A stretch of 64,000 nt of DNA from the NCBI GenBank assembly GCA_003158175.1, contig PMHJ01000024.1:15316-79315 (forward strand). The letters run 5' to 3'. Position numbers and translations under genes: made by a program. Positions 1 through 9,200 of this stretch are shown piece by piece. The notes beneath the pieces are model-generated. The model ran no database searches. It had not been told where the DNA came from and was given only the letters and a program-made list of their open reading frames with translations. The first letter of the stretch is position 1, and every line of letters begins with the position of its first letter. The DNA is from Vulcanimicrobiota bacterium (GTDB lineage Bacteria; Vulcanimicrobiota; Vulcanimicrobiia; Vulcanimicrobiales; Vulcanimicrobiaceae).

Positions 1-474
1 CGCAAACGGGCTTCCGACGGCGTACAGTGCGCTTGCAAACAGCTCCGATGCGGGCGGATACCACCAATAGCGCGTCGTTGCAGTCCAAAGCGAATGCGCG
101 TGAACCCACGCAGCGGCGTTGGGCAGATGGTATGAAAGCGAATCGCCGTCGAGTAGCGGGCGAGTCAGCTGTGGCCACGCGACGAGGAGGAGCGCCGCGA
201 TCAGCAGATACGGCGTGGGGCGCGCCGTGTTTTCAATAGCCGGGCTGCGTTCGCTCATACTTCGCCAAACGGCGACCGCGATGCAAAGAAGCAGCGCAGC
301 CCAGCACGTGCCCCAATAGAACGCATGGACAAACCCAAGCACGAACGGAATGGCGACTCCCAGGATGAGCGTATCGCGCAGGCGATTGGGAAAGTCGTAG
401 GCCGGCCGCGTGCGCAGTGCCGGGGCGGCCGCATAAAGGCCGAGCAGCCAGATCGCGGCCGGCACTGCGGTCAC
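1..474 (-). CDS. Polytopic integral membrane protein, 5' part only (gene runs off the left edge); possibly a GT-C-type glycosyltransferase
   Basis: My own minus-strand translation; it is absent from the ORF track because no stop lies in the window. GTG at 474-472 sits 3 nt after the argS stop. The frame then reads VTAVPAAIWLLGLYAAAP...LILGVAIPFVLGFVHAFYWGTCWAALLLCIAVAVW...YLLIAALLLVAWPQLTRPLLDGDSLSYHLPNAAAW and stays open to nt 1. Several hydrophobic helices are present. Confidence 0.5.
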   Translation of the reverse strand, partial: MTAVPAAIWLLGLYAAAPALRTRPAYDFPNRLRDTLILGVAIPFVLGFVHAFYWGTCWAALLLCIAVAVWRSMSERSPAIENTARPTPYLLIAALLLVAWPQLTRPLLDGDSLSYHLPNAAAWVHAHSLWTATTRYWWYPPASELFASALYAVGSPFA

Positions 475-477
475 GAA

Positions 478-2133
478 TTACATCGAGTCCGGTGCGCTGA
501 CGCCCGCGAGCGAGAGGGCGCGTGCGAGGACGTTCTTCGATGCCAAGCAAAGCGCCAAGCGCGCCAGGCGTACGTCGCGTTCGTCGGTCAGAATCTTGCA
601 CTCGGTATAAAATTGATGGAAGTCCGAGGCGACGTCGCGCGCGTAGCGAGCCAACCGGTGAGCCGCCAGGCGTTCGACGACGCCTCGCACGACGCTCGGG
701 AACTCGGCGAGGCGGCGTACCAGCGAGAGCTCGGAGGGATGCACCAACGGCTCTAAAGAGGCGCTCCGAGCGGCCGCGACGTCGTCGGCCAGCGCGTTAC
801 GCAAGACCGACGCAATCCGCGCGTGGCCGTACTGCACGTAGTAAACCGGATTCTCGCTCTCTTTCTCGACGGCGAGCGCCAAATCGAACGTGAGCGGCGA
901 CTCTACCGCGAGCATGATGAAGAAAAAGCGGGCGGCGTCGACCCCGACTTCGTCGAGGATGTCGTCGAGCGTGACGATCTCTCCGGCGCGTTTGCTCATT
1001 GCGATTTGCTCGCTTCCGCGCATGAGCGCCACCTGTTGCGCGATGATGACGTCGAGCCGGCCCGGATAACCCAGCGCCGACGAGATGCCTTTGATGCGTT
1101 CGATGTAGCCGTGGTGATCGGGGCCGAGAATGTCGACGACGCGATCGCTGGCTTTGAGCTTTTGATAATGATAGGCCACGTCCATGCAAAAGTATGTCGG
1201 TCTCCCGTCGCCACGCAGCAGCACGCGATCCTTGTCGTCTCCGAACTGCGTTGCGCGAAAGAAGAGCGCGCCGTCCGCTTCGTACGTCAGGCCCAGCCGC
1301 CGAAGATGCTCGATACCCTCCGAGACTTGACCGGAATCGTGCAGCTCGCGCTCGCTTTGCCAGTGGTCGTACTCCACTCCGAATCGGCCGGCGGTCCGCC
1401 GTTGCTCTGCGACGAGCTCGTCGCGGCCGGCGGTCGAGAAGTACGCGAGCCAATCCGCTTCCGGCGCCGAGATCCAGCGGTCGCCGTCCCGTTGCCGGAT
1501 ACCCAGAGCAATCGGTATCAGATACTCGCCCGGATAGCCGTTCTCGGGCAGTGGAAACTCAGGTTCGAACGTTTGACGGTAACGTGCGTAGATCGAACGG
1601 CCCAGCGCGTCGAGTTGCCCCCCGGCATCGTTGATGATCCATTCAACAAACACTTCGTAGCCGCAGAAGCGCATCGCGTTGGCAAGCGTCGCGCCGATCG
1701 ACATCGAGCGCCCCTGAACGACGACGAGCGGTCCCGTTGGATTGGCGCTGCCGAACTCGAGCGACACCCGCGCGCCGTGCGGCGGAGTTTTCCCGAAGCT
1801 TTCGTTCTCGCGCAAAATACCGGATAGCTCGGCATGCCAGATTTGAGGAGCGAGACGTAAGTTGATAAATCCCCCAACGGGCACGATCTCCGTGAAGATT
1901 TCGCCAAGCTCCGGGGCGTTGCGCAGAACTTCGGTGGCAAGCAGTTTTGCGACGTCGTGCGGTGGCCGCCGCGCGACCTTGGCTAGCGAAAAGGCGACGT
2001 TGGAGGCGAAGTCGCCGAACTCGGGACGGCGAGGCGCCTCGAAAACGACCTGTGGCGTGACCTCTGGATACTGCTCCTTCACGGCAGCGGCCGTCGCATC
2101 GCCGAAAGCGCGCAGCGCGTCGTCGAGTTTCAT
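478..2133 (-). CDS. argS: Arginine--tRNA ligase (class I aaRS), with a degenerate HIGH motif
   Basis: 551-aa ORF with ArgRS architecture. Motifs seen: SANPTGPL...IINDAGGQ and an MSKR (KMSKS-like) motif in QIAMSKRAGE. The C-terminal part looks like an anticodon-binding domain. Confidence 0.93.
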   Translation of the reverse strand: MKLDDALRAFGDATAAAVKEQYPEVTPQVVFEAPRRPEFGDFASNVAFSLAKVARRPPHDVAKLLATEVLRNAPELGEIFTEIVPVGGFINLRLAPQIWHAELSGILRENESFGKTPPHGARVSLEFGSANPTGPLVVVQGRSMSIGATLANAMRFCGYEVFVEWIINDAGGQLDALGRSIYARYRQTFEPEFPLPENGYPGEYLIPIALGIRQRDGDRWISAPEADWLAYFSTAGRDELVAEQRRTAGRFGVEYDHWQSERELHDSGQVSEGIEHLRRLGLTYEADGALFFRATQFGDDKDRVLLRGDGRPTYFCMDVAYHYQKLKASDRVVDILGPDHHGYIERIKGISSALGYPGRLDVIIAQQVALMRGSEQIAMSKRAGEIVTLDDILDEVGVDAARFFFIMLAVESPLTFDLALAVEKESENPVYYVQYGHARIASVLRNALADDVAAARSASLEPLVHPSELSLVRRLAEFPSVVRGVVERLAAHRLARYARDVASDFHQFYTECKILTDERDVRLARLALCLASKNVLARALSLAGVSAPDSM

Positions 2134-3023
2134 CGCGCATGCTCTTCGCCGCCCGGTAGAACTCCGACCCGCGCATAAGCGGTGGCGCCCCGCGATTCGA
2201 TCGCGCCCTCAAGCTCCAGCCATGAAAGCGCCGCAAGCGCCGCCGATGCCGAAATGCCGCTCTCCGCGACGATTCGGTCAAAATCGAGGGGCCCGCTCTC
2301 GAGGGCTAGGAGTACCGACGCGCTGGCCGCATCACGCGGGACCTGGGCGGGTCGCGCGGGAGCCACGATATTAAGGCGACCGAGCGCTTCGAGAACGTCC
2401 GACGGGGCGCGGGCGAGCGTCGCGCCGTCGCGGATCAGTGCGAGGCAGCCCGCCACGTGCTTGCGGTCGACGTCCCCGGGCACGGCGAGCACCGGGATGC
2501 GCCCGGCGGCCCAGCTTGCCGTGTTGAGGGCGCCGCTGCGGGCCGGGGCCTCGACTACGAGGACTGCATCCGATAGGGCGGCTACAACGCCGTTACGCTC
2601 CAGGAACTGCCATGGCAAGGCCGCTTGATCGGGCGGATATGGCGAAAGGTCCGCGCCTTCGGCAGCCAGAATGCGCTCGGCCAGCCCGAGATTTCGAGGC
2701 GGAAAGAAACAGCGGTGTCCGCTGCCGAGGATCCCTATGGTCGGCGCTCCGGCCTCCAAGGCCCCCTCATGTGCCGCAGCATCGATCCCCAGGGCCAGTC
2801 CGGAGACGATGCAGCACCCGGAGCGGCCCAGTTCGGCGGCAAAGCCGTGAGCAAGCCGGCGGCCGTACGGCGTCGCCGCTCGGGTGCCGACGATCGCAAC
2901 GCAGGATCGGCCCAGGCCCTCCAAGCTGCCGGCGCACCAGAGGCCGCGCGCCGCAGCCTCGAAGGCTCGGCCGGCGCGCGCGGCTTCGATCCGTTCCCGG
3001 CTTTCGAAGGTCGGCTCTTGCAT
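2130..3023 (-). CDS. dprA: DNA-processing protein DprA/Smf
   Basis: GTRAATPYGRRLAHGFAAELGRSGCCIVSGLALGIDAAAHEGAL matches the DprA Rossmann core. The start is set at ATG 3023, which has GGAGG 5 nt upstream. The 5' 90 codons of ORF 2130..3308 overlap a better plus-strand gene. Confidence 0.85.
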   Translation of the reverse strand: MQEPTFESRERIEAARAGRAFEAAARGLWCAGSLEGLGRSCVAIVGTRAATPYGRRLAHGFAAELGRSGCCIVSGLALGIDAAAHEGALEAGAPTIGILGSGHRCFFPPRNLGLAERILAAEGADLSPYPPDQAALPWQFLERNGVVAALSDAVLVVEAPARSGALNTASWAAGRIPVLAVPGDVDRKHVAGCLALIRDGATLARAPSDVLEALGRLNIVAPARPAQVPRDAASASVLLALESGPLDFDRIVAESGISASAALAALSWLELEGAIESRGATAYARVGVLPGGEEHAR

Positions 3024-3113
3024 ATCGGCCTCCATCACGACAGGATGCGGATCGTGCAAGAGGGGGAATATGGCGCGCCCAACGGAATAGGCGGGCCCAC
3101 GGAGGTAGCTCAG

Positions 3114-3263
3114 TTGGCAGCAGAAGCGTATTGCGTCAAGTGCAAGGCCAAGCGCGAGATCAAAGACGCGGTTCAGATCACGATGAAAAACGGGCGACCC
3201 GCAACCGAAGGCAAGTGTCCGGTCTGCGGTACCAAGATGTTCAAAATCGGCTCCGCAGGCTGA
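3114..3263 (+). CDS. Small zinc-ribbon protein (DUF5679-like, CxxC...CxxC)
   Basis: GGAGG at 3101-3105, then TTG 3114 in frame. Product is LAAEAYCVKCKAKREIKDAVQITMKNGRPATEGKCPVCGTKMFKIGSAG. A hairpin plus T7 terminator follows. Confidence 0.7.
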   Translation: MAAEAYCVKCKAKREIKDAVQITMKNGRPATEGKCPVCGTKMFKIGSAG

Positions 3264-3363
3264 TTTAGCCCGGTCGACGGTGCCGGGCGGCCGATGTACC
3301 TCGTACACTTCGCCGCCCGTCGTCTAGACTAAGATCAAATTGGCTCTGCGGCAGAACGGACTA

Positions 3364-3391
3364 GGGACCGCTTGGCAGCGGCCCTTTTTTT
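3364..3391 (+). terminator. Rho-independent terminator after the small zinc-ribbon gene
   Basis: Stem GGGACCGC (3364-3371), loop ttggca, stem GCGGCCC (3378-3384) with a one-base bulge, then TTTTTTT (3385-3391). Confidence 0.55.
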
Positions 3392-3419
3392 GCGTTCCCC
3401 ACCGCTAGTGACGTATAAT
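3390..3419 (+). promoter_or_regulatory. Candidate sigma70-type promoter for nrdR
   Basis: TTGCGT (3390-3395), an 18-nt spacer, then TATAAT (3414-3419). This lies about 40 nt upstream of the proposed nrdR start. Confidence 0.4.
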
Positions 3420-3458
3420 ACGTTCGCCCACAAGATATGCCGTGGGGGAGACTTACCG

Positions 3459-3902
3459 CTGACTTGCCCGACCTGTCGCAAGAGTGAGACGCGCGTCGTC
3501 GACTCACGCGACGACGAGACCGTCGTGCGTCGCCGCCGCGAGTGTTTGGACCCGCGGTGCAAGCATCGCTTTACGACGTACGAACGCATGGAAGTCCCTC
3601 GCCTTTTCGTCGTAAAGAAGGATGGCCGGCGGGAACAGTACAGCCGCGACAAGATTCTGACCGGCTTGCGCAAGGCGTGCGAGAAGCGTCCGATTTCGGA
3701 GGGGCAGATGGAATCGGTGGCGGCCGATCTCGAACGCGAGCTTTTTGCGCGCGGCGAAAGCGAAGTGCCGGCCGCGACGGTCGGCGAGAGGCTCATGGAA
3801 GCGTTGAGAAAGCTCGATCCAGTCGCGTACATTCGTTTCGCGAGCGTCTACCGGTCTTTTCGCGATATCGAAAGCTTTCGCGAAGAGCTCGCGCAGCTCT
3901 AA
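3459..3902 (+). CDS. nrdR: Transcriptional repressor NrdR (zinc ribbon + ATP-cone)
   Basis: (L/M)TCPTCRKSETRVVDSRDDETVVRRRRECLDPRCKHRFTTYE is the NrdR zinc ribbon, followed by an ATP-cone. The ORF track opens at TTG 3372, and an in-frame GTG lies at 3408. The conserved M-x-C-P-x-C N-terminus instead coincides with CTG 3459, which has GGGGGAG 8 nt upstream. Confidence 0.9.
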   Translation: MTCPTCRKSETRVVDSRDDETVVRRRRECLDPRCKHRFTTYERMEVPRLFVVKKDGRREQYSRDKILTGLRKACEKRPISEGQMESVAADLERELFARGESEVPAATVGERLMEALRKLDPVAYIRFASVYRSFRDIESFREELAQL

Positions 3903-3919
3903 TGGTTATCGGCCGCTAA

Positions 3920-4375
3920 ATGGAGCGGGTACGCGTCTGCGTCCAACGCCTTTCGCGAGGCGAGGGACTGCCGTTGCCGGCTTATATGAGCGAGCACGCG
4001 GCGGGCGCCGATCTGTGCGCCGCGATTCGAGAGCAGCTAACACTGCTGCCTGGAGCACGGGCGCTGGTTCCAACGGGTTTTTCGATCGCGGTTCCGCCCG
4101 GCTACGAGGCGCAAGTCCGTCCGCGTAGCGGCCTGGCGATCCGCGATGGCGTCACGTGTCTCAACGCACCGGGCACGATCGATGCGGACTATCGCGGCGA
4201 AGTCCACGTCGTTTTAGCGAATCTCGGGACGGTGCCGGTGATGATCCATCGCGGCGACCGCATCGCGCAGATCGTCGTGGCGCCGGTCTCCCGCGCGTCC
4301 TTTGAAGTTGTGGAGGAACTGCCGCCGACCGTTCGCGGTGAGGGAGGTTTCGGTTCCACGGGCGTCTTTTCGTGA
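3920..4375 (+). CDS. dut: dUTP diphosphatase
   Basis: Motifs [21 protein letters not shown] and a C-terminal GFGSTG. Confidence 0.92.
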   Translation: MERVRVCVQRLSRGEGLPLPAYMSEHAAGADLCAAIREQLTLLPGARALVPTGFSIAVPPGYEAQVRPRSGLAIRDGVTCLNAPGTIDADYRGEVHVVLANLGTVPVMIHRGDRIAQIVVAPVSRASFEVVEELPPTVRGEGGFGSTGVFS

Positions 4376-5346
4376 AGGTCTATATCGTCGGCAAGGGCGC
4401 GGTCGGCACGTATCTCGGAGACTTGCTGCGCGCCGTTTCGGTCGACGTTTGCTACGCCCCGCGCACCTTAGAGAAAGTCGAGCCGTACGATGCCGACGTT
4501 GCGATCATCGCGACCAAAGCGTACGATACGGACGGCGCAATTGAAACGCTGCGCAAAGCGATCGTGTATCCGGAAAAGTGCGTCTTCGTGTCGCCGCAAA
4601 ACGGCGTTGGCAACGAGGAGAAATTGGCGGTGGCCTTCAGTGCCGACAACGTGGTGGCAGCGGCGCTCACGACGCCGGTCGGCCGGGACCGCGACGGTAA
4701 CGCACGGGCGACGAAGGATGGAGGGCTGGCGCTCGCACCGATCGGCTCCAATGCGTATAACTGGCTGTCCGCTACTTTTGCGAGCACCGGGCTAGTCGTC
4801 AAGGTCGTCGAGGACTGGCGCTCGCTCAAATGGAGCAAGCTCGCGCTCAACGTGGTCGCAAATGCCAGCTGCGCAATCCTCAACGTCCTGCCGAACCGCT
4901 TCGTGCACTTCGACAAAATCTTCACGCTGGAAATTCGAATGATTCGCGAGGTCCGCGCCGTGATGCAGGCGTTAGCGATCGAACCGATCGATTTGCCTCG
5001 CTATCCGGTCCGCGCTCTCTTCGGCGTCGCGAATTTGCCCAGCCCGGTGGCGCGAACGCTTTTGGCCCACAGCATCGCGGGCGCACGCGGAACCAAGCCG
5101 CCCTCTTTGTTGATCGACCTGCGGCGTGCCGAGCCTCAGACCGAGGTGGACGTGCTCAATGGAGCCGTTGCGGTCGCAGGCCTCGAGCATCGCGTGCCGG
5201 TGCCCGTCAATGCCGTATACGCGCGGGTCCTCAACGACATCGCGCACACCCCTCCCCTGTGGGCGAAGTATCGCGAGCATCCCGACCGGCTCGAGGCCGA
5301 AGTCGAAGCCGAGGTGAAGCGCGCGAAAGTATTAGCTCGGCGCTAG
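4372..5346 (+). CDS. Ketopantoate reductase (ApbA/PanE) family oxidoreductase
   Basis: N-terminal Rossmann motif [16 protein letters not shown]. Length and C-terminal domain fit the PanE family. GTGA overlap with dut. Confidence 0.75.
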   Translation: MKVYIVGKGAVGTYLGDLLRAVSVDVCYAPRTLEKVEPYDADVAIIATKAYDTDGAIETLRKAIVYPEKCVFVSPQNGVGNEEKLAVAFSADNVVAAALTTPVGRDRDGNARATKDGGLALAPIGSNAYNWLSATFASTGLVVKVVEDWRSLKWSKLALNVVANASCAILNVLPNRFVHFDKIFTLEIRMIREVRAVMQALAIEPIDLPRYPVRALFGVANLPSPVARTLLAHSIAGARGTKPPSLLIDLRRAEPQTEVDVLNGAVAVAGLEHRVPVPVNAVYARVLNDIAHTPPLWAKYREHPDRLEAEVEAEVKRAKVLARR

Positions 5347-5364
5347 CCCGAACCGGCAGAGGAC

Positions 5365-6216
5365 ATGCGCGACCCGAACGTTCCGGAATCGCTCGAAGGT
5401 TGGTGGATCCTCCATCGCATGTTTGCATTCGACCGGCGCGCCTGGGACTCGCTGCCGGAAAAGCGGCGGAACAAATACGCGGGCCACGCGGCCGATCTCG
5501 TCGACCATCTCAAGGGGAGCGAGGACGGCGACGTCGGTTTGGCACAGATCGTCGGTCATAAGGGCGATCTCATGCTGACCCACTACGCGCGCACGTTTGA
5601 CGGGCTCGCCTACGCTCAGACGCTAGTGGACAAACTCGAGTTGCGCGAATTCCTCACGCCGCGTGGCTCGTACGTCTCCGTGCTCGAGATTGGGCTTTAC
5701 GACGCGACGGGAAAGATTCACGCCGAGCTGAATCAGCGCGGGCTGCCGCCGCAGTCGCCGGAATGGATCGCGGCCTTCGACGAACTCGTCCGCAAGCAAG
5801 CCGAGAGCCCATATATCGAGCCGCGCTTATGGGCCAGAATTCCGTCGCGCCGGTATCAGTGCTTTTACCCGATGAGCAAGCGGCGCGGCGAGGTGCAAAA
5901 CTGGTACATGCTCGGCTTTGAAGCGCGCGCCAAGATGATGAGCGAACACGGCGTCGTCGGGCGCTCGTATCACGGGCGCGTCACGCAAGTGATCTCAGGT
6001 TCCGTCGGCTTCGACGATTTCGAATGGGGCGTCGATCTCTACGCCGACGACCCGCTGGTTTTCAAGAAGCTCGTCTACGAGATGCGGTTTGACGAAGCCA
6101 GCGCGCGGTATGGTGAGTTCGGCCCGTTTTGGGCCGGTCTGCAGTTTTCACCCGGCGAGTTCTCCGCGTTCCTCGACGGCGACGCGATTCCGCAGTTCGA
6201 CCAGCCCGAGAGTTAG
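5365..6216 (+). CDS. chdC: Coproheme decarboxylase / hydrogen-peroxide-dependent heme synthase (chlorite dismutase family)
   Basis: Close to Bacillus HemQ along its length: CFYPMSKRR..NWYML, GRVTQVISGSVGFDDFEWGV, FKKLVYEMRFDEASARYGEFG. Confidence 0.88.
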   Translation: MRDPNVPESLEGWWILHRMFAFDRRAWDSLPEKRRNKYAGHAADLVDHLKGSEDGDVGLAQIVGHKGDLMLTHYARTFDGLAYAQTLVDKLELREFLTPRGSYVSVLEIGLYDATGKIHAELNQRGLPPQSPEWIAAFDELVRKQAESPYIEPRLWARIPSRRYQCFYPMSKRRGEVQNWYMLGFEARAKMMSEHGVVGRSYHGRVTQVISGSVGFDDFEWGVDLYADDPLVFKKLVYEMRFDEASARYGEFGPFWAGLQFSPGEFSAFLDGDAIPQFDQPES

Positions 6217-9200
6217 GGAACGGCCCGCGGCCCCGCGATGCCGTAGGGTCCGTTTCCGAGCTGAATCGGTTCGCCGACGCTCCGTGCAGCGACGTCGACA
6301 AACACGGCCGCGTTGTCACGCGAGAGCAGTACGAGCGCCCGTTTGCCGTCGGCGGTGAAGGTGACCCCGAGGGGCGCGCCTCCGACGTCGATCGGTGCAG
6401 CGGCTTCGTTCGTCTGCGGATCGAGCGGGGTGATCGTAGAGTTGGCGTGGTTGCTGACGTAGACGGCGCGACCGTCAGGCGAGATCGTGATTGCGAGCGG
6501 ATCCACACCAACGGGGATGCGTGCGACCGGCTGGCGCGTGCCGAGGTCGACGACGGTGACGTCGTTCGATGCGCTGTTGACGACGTAGAGGCGTTTGCCG
6601 TCAGGGCTGATTGCGACGCCCGCGGGTCGCAGCCCGACGGAGATATCGCCCCCGGCGGCGTTCGTGCGCAGGTCGATGGGCGTTACGCTGTTCGACCACG
6701 AGTTGCTGACGTAGAGCGTCGATCCGCCGGCGTCGATCGCCAGCGCGCGCGGATGCGAACCGACGTGCACCGTTGCACCCGCGCTAAGCGTGGCGGTGTC
6801 GATCGCTTGAACCGTGCCGTCGTCGTTGCTTACGACCCATAGCGTTTTGCCGTCGGGCGTCAGCGCGGCATCCATGGGCGTTCCGCCGGTCTTGACGGTC
6901 GCAATGCGCTTTCCAGCGCGCGTATCGACGACGCCGACCTCGTTGGCCCCGGACTCGACGACGTACAGTCGTTCTCCGTCGCCGCTAAGCGCCGCGGCGC
7001 GCGGCTCTTCGCCCACGGCGATTTCATTTGCCGCAACGCCGGTCGTGAGATCGATTGGCGTCACGCTGTTGCCGAAGCGATTGGTCGCATACGCCATCAA
7101 CGGCCAATCGTTGCCGCGCGCGACGCGTACGGGCAGATCGAGGTGTTCGAGGCGCGCACCGTTCGGCGCGGTGCCGTCGAAGCGAACGTCGTAGTAGCCG
7201 CTGCCGACCGCTCCATCGGCGGTTAAGCGAAGGTCGACCGCGCGTTCTGCGCGTGCTGCGACGGAGATTCTTCCGCCGGCCTCGTCGACGTGCAAACCGC
7301 GCGGCAGCGTTGCGCGCCAGGTGACGTCTGCGGCCGTTTCGCCGAGGCGATTCGACACGTCAAGCGTGACCGGCGTTCCGAGCCCGTCGCCGGTCCGAAC
7401 GACGATGGGATTTGCGGGCCTTACGAACTCCGCAGCCGTCGCTACCGGAATCGCCGGCGTGCGTAGCGCGTACGACGGCGGCGCATCCCCAGGACCGGTG
7501 GCCCAGCGTTCGTCGGCCGTGGCGCCGAGCGTGACGTCCAGCCGCACTTCTCCGCGGTCGGGGAGCGCGATCCAGCTCTTGTCGCTCGTGCGTCCGTCGA
7601 CGCGCAGCGCCTCGACGTATCGCGCGTCGGTTGCCGCGTTCGGCGCCGAGACTTCGAGCGTGAGGCCGCTCGGAGACTCGATGCGAACCGAGCGGAAGAG
7701 CGGTGCGCCAATATCGAGGTAGCGCGCTGCGGGATTCTGCGGGTACAAGCCCATCGCGCACCAGACATACCACGCGCTCATCGTGCCGAGATCGTCGTTG
7801 CCAGGAAGACCATCGGGTGTGTCGCTGTAGAGCGTCGTCATCGCTTGGCGCAGGATCGCTTGTGCGCGCCAGGGTTCGCTGGCCGAGAGATAGACCCACG
7901 GCGTGCCGAGGCTGGGCTCGTTTCCGAGCCACGCGTACGGCTTATCCGGCCCGGCGTTGAGTTGCGCGAAGAATTCGTCGAGTTTGGCGGCGGCAGCGCG
8001 CGCACCGCCCAATGCGTTGATGAGATCGCGTAGGTCGTGCGGCACCATCCAGGTGTACTGCGCCGCGTTGCCTTCTTGAAAACCGCTCTGACCATTTTCG
8101 GTGAGCGGCGCCTGCATGAAAGCGCCGTCCGGATCTCGCGGGGCAATCCAGCCGGTTGCCGCGTCAAAGAGCGTCGCCCAGTTCGACGATCGTGCGAAGA
8201 AGTCGCGATAGGCCGACCGGTCGCCGATGGCCTGCGCGAGTCGCGAGATTGCGAAATCGTCCAGCGCGTATTCGAGCGTCTCGGAAGCACCGTTGGGGAC
8301 CGGAGCAACCGACGTCGTGTGCGTGTTGACGACGTATCCGCGCTGCAGGTATTGGTCGCGAAGCTCCCAGCGCTCGAAGTACCAGCCTTGCGCCGGCGGT
8401 GGTTGCGTGCTGGTCGCCCCCTTTATCATCGCTGCGAGCGCGCCGCGCGCATCGAAGGCGCGCGCGCCGAACGCGTAGGCGCCGCCGATGACCGCGTCGA
8501 CTGAATCGCCGCCCATCACGCTGGTCGCGCCGTCGACCAGCGGCCAGCGCGGCAGCCAGCCTTCTTGATGATACGCGTCGACGAGTGACTGCACCATGTC
8601 GCTGGTTTCACTCGGCGCGACCAACGCGAGCAGCGGCACTTCGGTGCGGTAGATGTCCCAATCGGAGTAGTTTGCGTACTCGGCGTGGCCGGCGGTGACG
8701 CGGTGCACGCGGCCGTCAAAGCCGCGGTATTCCCCGGTGACGTCGCTGATGACGTTCGGGTGGAGCAGCGTGTGATAGAAGGCCGAATAAAACGTTCTTT
8801 GCTGCAGCGTCGTGCCGCCGTCGATAGCGATGCGGTGCAGCATCGCGCTCCACTTTTCCGTCGCGCGATCGCGCGCGCCGATCAGGTTCCAACCGGAGCT
8901 TTCTCCCGCAAGATTTGCGCGTGCGCCGGCCGTGCTGACGAAGGAGAGGCCGATTTTGATTTGGACCTTGCGATTCTGCATTGCATCGAAAGTCAGCCAG
9001 GCTCCCGCGGCGGGGCCTTGCGCTGACGAGGCATCGGGGAAGAGCCGGGCGGCTTGCCACGTTCCGTGCGCGCGAAACGGTCGGTCGAACTGCGCGACGA
9101 AATAGACGGTGTACTGATCGGGCATCCCGCAGAAGAAACCGCTGGTCGCGGAGCCGGAGATTTCGTTGGACCCGTCGATGCGCACATTGGAGCCTAGGAC

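Noticed and set aside
3024-3308. N-terminal ~95 codons of ORF 2130..3308 as part of DprA
   Set aside because: The stretch has no similarity to DprA N-termini. It overlaps a plus-strand zinc-ribbon gene that has its own SD and terminator. An internal ATG with GGAGG lies at 3023.
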